From Ruminococcus albus 7 = DSM 20455 (GTDB lineage Bacteria; Bacillota; Clostridia; Oscillospirales; Ruminococcaceae), in assembly GCF_000179635.2 (NCBI RefSeq), contig NC_014833.1, positions 1,860,001-1,892,000 on the forward strand: DNA of 32,000 nt, written 5' to 3'. This document shows, piece by piece, positions 26,858 to 32,000 of the stretch. Numbering within the stretch: the first letter of the stretch is position 1; each line of letters opens with the position of its first letter. The notes below the pieces were generated by a model. The model was given only the letters and a program-made list of their open reading frames with translations. It made no database searches and was not told the origin of the DNA. Position numbers and translations under genes: made by a program.

Positions 26858-27844
26858 TTATTGATCTGATACGTCAGGGGTATCGTTACTGCTTTCTGTA
26901 TCATATTTTACAGGTTCGGTATCAAGACCGGGATCATTTGTTTCCTCACAGCGAGCTGTGATATCATCGACTATCCGCTTGTATACCTTAAAGCTTTCAT
27001 CGTAATATTTCTGTGCTTCTTCCTTGCTGAGCCCCATGGTATCCTGCGGTATCCTTATGGACATATGCACGTCATTGGGCATAAGCTCATATTTCAGTTC
27101 TTCAGCCATCACCTTTGAGTTGAAACTGAAACCGTCTTCGTCAATGTACTTGTTATCAGGAAAATCCTTGTCCAGGTCTTTTTTCATCACCGACATGAAA
27201 TCGTCCTCGGTGTGTGAATCGGTAATGACTATCATTCCCTCGCCTGTCTGTATCTCAGCCAGGAATTTCTGGGTGTATGTGTTTTTGGTCACTGCATCCA
27301 GATTATTGCTTAGTGGTATTGGTATTATGCCCACATGAACATATCCGTTGCCGTCAATGTCATCGGTGTATTTTTCAAAAAATTCTTCAACTTCAGCGGT
27401 ACGCTGTGTCAGGTCATTGTCGGTTATTACCATTACGCTGATATCGTCACGCTTCCTTGTAGCTTCGCTGTAGAACAGGTATCCCAGTACCAGCAGGGTT
27501 ATAGATGAGAATATTATTATGAATTTATAGTGATACCAGAAATTTGCCACTGCTGCCATTCCGTGAGGCTTTTCGTATGCTTCATCCTTTTTTGTAAGCT
27601 CCGAACCTTCTTCGGAAGTCAGACCGGATTTCATTTTCAGTAGCTCTCTGCGTTCTTCCTCTATCTGACGGTTGCGTTCTTTTTCAGCCTCGCGCTCACG
27701 CTTTTCGCGCTTTGCTTTCTCAGCAGCAGCTTTTTCTTCAGCCTGCTTTTGTTTAAGCTTTTCTTCCTCCGCCAGTTTTTTTTCGTATTCATAGTCTTCT
27801 GAATCAATATTCATCTTGTTGATGTTGATATTTTTCTTTGCCAT
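26858..27844 (-). CDS. Membrane protein of unknown function (Lys/Glu-rich cytoplasmic coiled-coil, one TM helix, extracytoplasmic domain)
   Basis: The KKLAEEEKLKQKQAEEKAAAEKAKREKREREAEKE low-complexity segment is followed by the TM helix FIIIFSSITLLVLGYLF. ATG 27844 is preferred over the upstream TTG 27862. Confidence 0.65.
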   Translation of the reverse strand: MAKKNININKMNIDSEDYEYEKKLAEEEKLKQKQAEEKAAAEKAKREKREREAEKERNRQIEEERRELLKMKSGLTSEEGSELTKKDEAYEKPHGMAAVANFWYHYKFIIIFSSITLLVLGYLFYSEATRKRDDISVMVITDNDLTQRTAEVEEFFEKYTDDIDGNGYVHVGIIPIPLSNNLDAVTKNTYTQKFLAEIQTGEGMIVITDSHTEDDFMSVMKKDLDKDFPDNKYIDEDGFSFNSKVMAEELKYELMPNDVHMSIRIPQDTMGLSKEEAQKYYDESFKVYKRIVDDITARCEETNDPGLDTEPVKYDTESSNDTPDVSDQ

Positions 27845-27991
27845 TCTGCACTGACCTTTCAATAAAATACATTAACTATTATACCCCTAATATATTAACT
27901 TGGTATTGACTATTAATGAACATAAACTTTGATTGCTTTAGTTCTTTCTTAACTATTAACAACAGTGAAGCTATTCGTTAAAATATATTAC

Positions 27992-28020
27992 TTGACAAAC
28001 GATGATACCGGTGTTATAAT
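27992..28020 (+). promoter_or_regulatory. Consensus sigma-A promoter of the beta-helix protein gene
   Basis: TTGACA (27992-27997), a 17-nt spacer, then TGtTATAAT (28012-28020). Confidence 0.75.
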
Positions 28021-28128
28021 ATATTTGTGTAACTATATTCACATATCTGCGTGACAAATATATACAAAAAATGCGCAGGCTGAGTGATATGATAATATGG
28101 AGAAGATAAGCGAAAGGATAGAGGCTTA

Positions 28129-30603
28129 GTGAACTTAAAAAGTTTGGTGCGCGTCTTGTCTGTGTGGACTGTTGCTTTTTCGGCAGCGGCTCTGCTTATG
28201 TCGGGGCGCTTTATACTTACCGCAAATGCCTACGATTACAGCGTCATAAGCGGCAGTCATGCTTCGGGTGCGAACATCAGCGGCTATGATTCAGCTATCG
28301 CGGTCAGTGTTACCGACCTTGGAGCCGACCCTACCGGCAAGAAGGATTCATCGGGCGCTATACAGAAAGCTCTTGACTATGCCAAGGATAAGGGCAGTGA
28401 TTCTGTACAGGTTAAGGTCATAGTACCGGCAGGTACATACAGTATACATAAGTGTCTGTATGTAAGCTCGAATACATGGCTTTATCTTGACAATGCAACG
28501 CTGCGCAAGGATTTTTCGGGCGGTTGTCTTATAATGAACAACACTGCAGGTTACGGTGGTTTTGATGGTGCTAAGAATATCATCATCGAGGGCGGTTGCC
28601 TTGACGGAAATACAGGCGGCGGAAACGTCAAAGCGTTTTCTACTATACGTATGGGTCATCTGCATGACCTTTGGGTAAAGGATGTTGATTTCAAGGATAA
28701 CTATAACTGCCATATGCTGGAACTGGGCGGTATAAAGAATGTTACTATCGAGGGCTGCAGTTTTCATGAGTATTACGGTCAGAAATATAAAGAGGCTATC
28801 CAGTTCGATATCCTGAACAATGTGAACCTCTTTTATGGCTATGAGCCATTTGATGATACACCCTGTGATAATGTTATAATCAGGAACAACAGTTTTTATG
28901 ATGTTATGAGAGGGCTTGGTTCGCATTCGGCAACTGTAGGCAAGTACTATACCAATTTCTATATTGCTGACAATACATTCAATAATATATATGATACTGC
29001 CATAATCATGCAGAATTATCGCTGCTGTTCTATTGAAAACAATTCCATGACAAATGTTGGCAGCGGCATTGATTTCAAGAATATGACCTATCTTGAATAC
29101 TCGGGCTATAATGCGCCTGTTGCAGGTTATGAAGGTGTTTACGACAGAATAAACGATTTTTCTGATATAGTTATAAGCGGAAACAGTATTTTCTCGGGAT
29201 TTACCGGGTACTGTCAGAATCCTTTCGGTATAAACCTTTATGGCAAGCTTGTACAGAATACTGGTTTTCCCGACCATGACTACAAGGTGAGCGGTATTCA
29301 TATAAGCTCAAATAATATTACCAGTGCCGGTGCTGCTGTACAGATGAATGATGCATCCGGGGTATTGGTAGACTCTAATATCATCAGTACCCCAACTGAA
29401 GGTGATAAGGTTGACAGCAGCCTTGTCAGTGTTAAATTTTCAAATAATGTCACAGTCAGCGGAAACAGTATCATAGGCAGTCCTTATGATTCCATATCCG
29501 TCCTTGGCGGTACCGGTGGGGTAGTAAAGAAAAATTCCTGCCTTAATAGTTCGGGCAACGGTATAACTGCTGATAAGAGCGCTGTGATAAATATATCTGG
29601 CAATACAATTGAAAATACTGCGCTGAGCGGAATAAGGATCACGTCAGGTGCTAAGGCTGATGTAAGTAAAAATACAGTGAAAGCAAGCCAGAACGGTGTA
29701 ACTGTCGATGGTGCCAAAGGCGCAAACATAACCGATAATACCATTACAGGCTGTACAGATTCAGGTATATTCGCAGCAGAAGGTTCTTCTGCTTTTGTAA
29801 ATGCCAATAACTTTACAGATGATAGTGTTAAATATAAAGGCTTGATATATGCTATGCCTGTTACCTCATTTTCGGCTGACGGTGTATACGGTGACCATGT
29901 ACAGCTTTCATGGAAGAGCAAGGGTGGTTCGGACGGTTTCTCCATAAAGCGCAGACTTGCAGGCAGTGAGGAGGATTTTACCGAAGTTGCACAGGTAACG
30001 ACACCCTCATTCTCTGATGAACATCTGCCTTCAAATACGGGTTTTGAGTACAGAGTGGATTCACTTCTGGATACAGGTGAAGCTGTAACAGAGAGCAGTT
30101 CGTCTGTTCTCAATATCAGGACAAGGGCATCTCTGAGCAATTGTACCTGCGATATCAGACCTGTTTATAAATTCAGCGGCAAGCGTATTGAACCTGATAT
30201 CACCGTTACTCTTAATGGTGCTAAGCTTGTACGGGATGTTGACTATATCGTTAAGTATTTCAATAATATATCTGCAGGTACTGCTACGATCTCAATATCT
30301 GGCTGCGGACAGTATTTCGGATTCAAGGAATTTGAATTTGAGATAAAGCTTTCGGAGGGCTATGTTCTTCCCGAGAGTACTCCTGCAAATCTTAGCTTTA
30401 TCGGTGACTACACTGAAAAATACGAAGTGCTTGCCATTGCTCCCGAACGCATCGGAGATATAGCGGCACCTGTTGCCAATCGTGAAAGCGACAGTCCTAT
30501 CATAGGAGAGATAAATGCTGCTAAAAATACAGATGATCTCAGGATAGTATCACGCCGGCTGGTGACATCTGCAGTGCTTCCGGGCTTTGATCCCTGGTAC
30601 TGA
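28129..30603 (+). CDS. Secreted right-handed parallel beta-helix repeat protein with a C-terminal Fn3-like domain and an Ig-like domain
   Basis: Signal peptide ...FILTANA|YDY. A pectate-lyase-superfamily-like N-terminus (DPTGKKDSSGAIQKALDYA). Repeated beta-helix rungs (ISGNTIENTALSGIRITSG..., ITDNTITGCTDSGIFA). An Fn3-like segment (VQLSWKSKGGSDGFSIKRR). GTG start. Confidence 0.75.
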   Translation: MNLKSLVRVLSVWTVAFSAAALLMSGRFILTANAYDYSVISGSHASGANISGYDSAIAVSVTDLGADPTGKKDSSGAIQKALDYAKDKGSDSVQVKVIVPAGTYSIHKCLYVSSNTWLYLDNATLRKDFSGGCLIMNNTAGYGGFDGAKNIIIEGGCLDGNTGGGNVKAFSTIRMGHLHDLWVKDVDFKDNYNCHMLELGGIKNVTIEGCSFHEYYGQKYKEAIQFDILNNVNLFYGYEPFDDTPCDNVIIRNNSFYDVMRGLGSHSATVGKYYTNFYIADNTFNNIYDTAIIMQNYRCCSIENNSMTNVGSGIDFKNMTYLEYSGYNAPVAGYEGVYDRINDFSDIVISGNSIFSGFTGYCQNPFGINLYGKLVQNTGFPDHDYKVSGIHISSNNITSAGAAVQMNDASGVLVDSNIISTPTEGDKVDSSLVSVKFSNNVTVSGNSIIGSPYDSISVLGGTGGVVKKNSCLNSSGNGITADKSAVINISGNTIENTALSGIRITSGAKADVSKNTVKASQNGVTVDGAKGANITDNTITGCTDSGIFAAEGSSAFVNANNFTDDSVKYKGLIYAMPVTSFSADGVYGDHVQLSWKSKGGSDGFSIKRRLAGSEEDFTEVAQVTTPSFSDEHLPSNTGFEYRVDSLLDTGEAVTESSSSVLNIRTRASLSNCTCDIRPVYKFSGKRIEPDITVTLNGAKLVRDVDYIVKYFNNISAGTATISISGCGQYFGFKEFEFEIKLSEGYVLPESTPANLSFIGDYTEKYEVLAIAPERIGDIAAPVANRESDSPIIGEINAAKNTDDLRIVSRRLVTSAVLPGFDPWY

Positions 30604-30640
30604 TGACATATCAGTAGAAAGTATGCTGTAAATAAATATT

Positions 30641-30669
30641 GACCGCCTTATCTTGGGCGGTCTTTTTAT
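30641..30669 (+). terminator. Terminator after the beta-helix protein gene
   Basis: gaccgcc / ggcggtc stem with an 8-nt loop, followed by ttttt. Confidence 0.75.
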
Positions 30670-30699
30670 TCCTAAAGATAAAAATTAATATATTGTGAA

Positions 30700-30728
30700 T
30701 TGACAAATGCATTCTCATGTTGTATAAT
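30700..30728 (+). promoter_or_regulatory. Sigma-A promoter of the metallophosphoesterase gene
   Basis: TTGACA (30700-30705), a 17-nt spacer, then TATAAT (30723-30728). Confidence 0.7.
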
Positions 30729-30770
30729 CGTAATAGTATTATGTTTTTTGCCTGATGAGCGGAGGTGCGT

Positions 30771-31868
30771 ATGTTGCTTTGGATAGTATTGTTTGTAGCG
30801 GCAGGTCTGGGTGCTTTGCTTGCGCTTGTGTATCTTGTCACAAGGTTTCATAAATTTGGCTTTATGCAGAAGCTTGCTGAAAATCACAAGGGACTTTCAT
30901 GGGCGTTGTCGGTATTGCCTGTTGGGGTGCTTGGCGGAACTGCTATGATCAATGTATATATATCAGTTATAGTCACGCTTCATCTTGCGCTTATATGGGC
31001 TTTGTGTGATCTGGTGACTTTTATACACCGTAAGCGCAGGCACAGCTGGTCATCACGATATATGACAGGTGTCGCAGCAATAGCCATAACGGCGGTTTAT
31101 ATGGGTGCAGGTTGGTTTTTCGCTCACCATGTATTTGAGACCGACTATCGACTTAAAACCGATAAGAATCTTGAAGGCTCGCCTCTGCGTGTGGCGCTGT
31201 TTGCCGATTCACATATAGGTGTGACATTTGACGGTGAAGGTCTTGCGAAAGAGATAGCACTTCTTGATGAGCAGGATCCCGATATTATCCTGATAGCAGG
31301 TGATTTTGTAGACGATGATACTAAACGTGTCGATATGGTACGTGCCTGCAAAGCGCTGGGTGAAACAAAAGCGAGATATGGTGTGGTGTATGCGGACGGC
31401 AACCACGATAAGGGATATGGTAACAGCCGTGATTTCACGATAGATGAACTTTATGCCGAACTTGAAAAGAATGGTGTTAAGATCCTCCGTGATGAAGTGT
31501 TTTCAGCAGAAGGGTTCAATATCATTGGCAGAAAAGATTATCACGAAACGGACAGGCTTTCGGCTGAAAAGCTTATGGAAAAAGCTGATAATGAAAAATA
31601 TACAATAATGCTGGATCATCAGCCGCGTGATTACGAAGCTGAAGCTGCTTCAGAAGTCGATCTGGTACTGTCAGGACATACCCACGGAGGTCATATATTC
31701 CCCTCAGGTCTGGTCGGTCTGGCAATGGGCTTCAATGACAGGGTCTACGGAAAGGAAGTACGCAAGGATACTACCTTTATTGTTACATCGGGCATCTCGG
31801 GCTGGGCTATCCCTTTCAAGACCGGGTGCATATCCGAGTATGTTATCATTGATATCTATGACAGATAG
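30771..31868 (+). CDS. Membrane-anchored metallophosphoesterase (calcineurin-like)
   Basis: About four N-terminal TM helices, then DSHIG, GDFVD, GNHD and SGHTHGG motifs. ATG 30771 lies 5 nt after GGAGG. The GTG 30765 in the ORF track overlaps the RBS. Confidence 0.85.
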   Translation: MLLWIVLFVAAGLGALLALVYLVTRFHKFGFMQKLAENHKGLSWALSVLPVGVLGGTAMINVYISVIVTLHLALIWALCDLVTFIHRKRRHSWSSRYMTGVAAIAITAVYMGAGWFFAHHVFETDYRLKTDKNLEGSPLRVALFADSHIGVTFDGEGLAKEIALLDEQDPDIILIAGDFVDDDTKRVDMVRACKALGETKARYGVVYADGNHDKGYGNSRDFTIDELYAELEKNGVKILRDEVFSAEGFNIIGRKDYHETDRLSAEKLMEKADNEKYTIMLDHQPRDYEAEAASEVDLVLSGHTHGGHIFPSGLVGLAMGFNDRVYGKEVRKDTTFIVTSGISGWAIPFKTGCISEYVIIDIYDR

Positions 31869-31899
31869 CTGTAAATACTTTTTACTTTACATATAGCAA

Positions 31900-31930
31900 C
31901 AGCCCACGGAAATGAAATCCGCGGGCTGTA
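31900..31930 (+). terminator. Possible terminator hairpin after the metallophosphoesterase gene
   Basis: Stem cagcccacgga / tccgcgggctg (one mismatch). The T-run is not immediately adjacent. Confidence 0.4.
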
Positions 31931-32000
31931 ATTATTATATCTTTTTTGGTTTTGCAAAATTAGCAAATATCTTTTTAGTGCCGACTTTTTCAAAGGCTAT

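Noticed and set aside
1-32000. CRISPR arrays, tRNA/rRNA genes, transposases, integrases, prophage genes, and toxin-antitoxin or known defence operons
   Set aside because: I scanned the intergenic regions and ORF translations and found none. There are no regularly spaced repeats, no tRNA-like T-arm or acceptor signatures, and no recombinase or nuclease motifs.

Overview
The window looks like ordinary chromosome from a low/medium-GC, spore-forming Firmicute. A Clostridia/Ruminococcaceae-type origin is inferred from spoIIP, a cohesin-domain surface protein, strong GGAGG ribosome-binding sites and many extended -10 promoters. I found no rRNA, tRNA, CRISPR array, transposase, integrase or recognisable defence operon. 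Gene order: guaA 3' end; an OmpR-type response regulator, a large sensor kinase and a VanY-like carboxypeptidase; a minus-strand epimerase-SDR-Fe-ADH operon; an FMN riboswitch plus ribD-ribE-ribBA-ribH; pyrE with a co-transcribed unknown gene; a small membrane protein; spoIIP; an AraC-HTH/GGDEF fusion; a cohesin/cadherin-like surface protein; a polysaccharide deacetylase; an MCP; pfk; pepT; a minus-strand nrtR-NADAR-nadE NAD operon; a lipoprotein; a Lys/Glu-rich membrane protein; a large beta-helix secreted protein; and a membrane metallophosphoesterase. No convincing multi-gene novel system is visible. The items most worth follow-up are non-coding or small: (1) a ~310-bp GC-rich multi-hairpin element between pfk and pepT; (2) ~100-bp direct repeats bracketing the AraC-GGDEF gene, each opening with a conserved 14-16-codon mini-ORF; (3) an orphan promoter-to-terminator unit at 13.9-14.1 kb (candidate sRNA); (4) a homopolymer frameshift splitting the NADAR gene in the NrtR operon.
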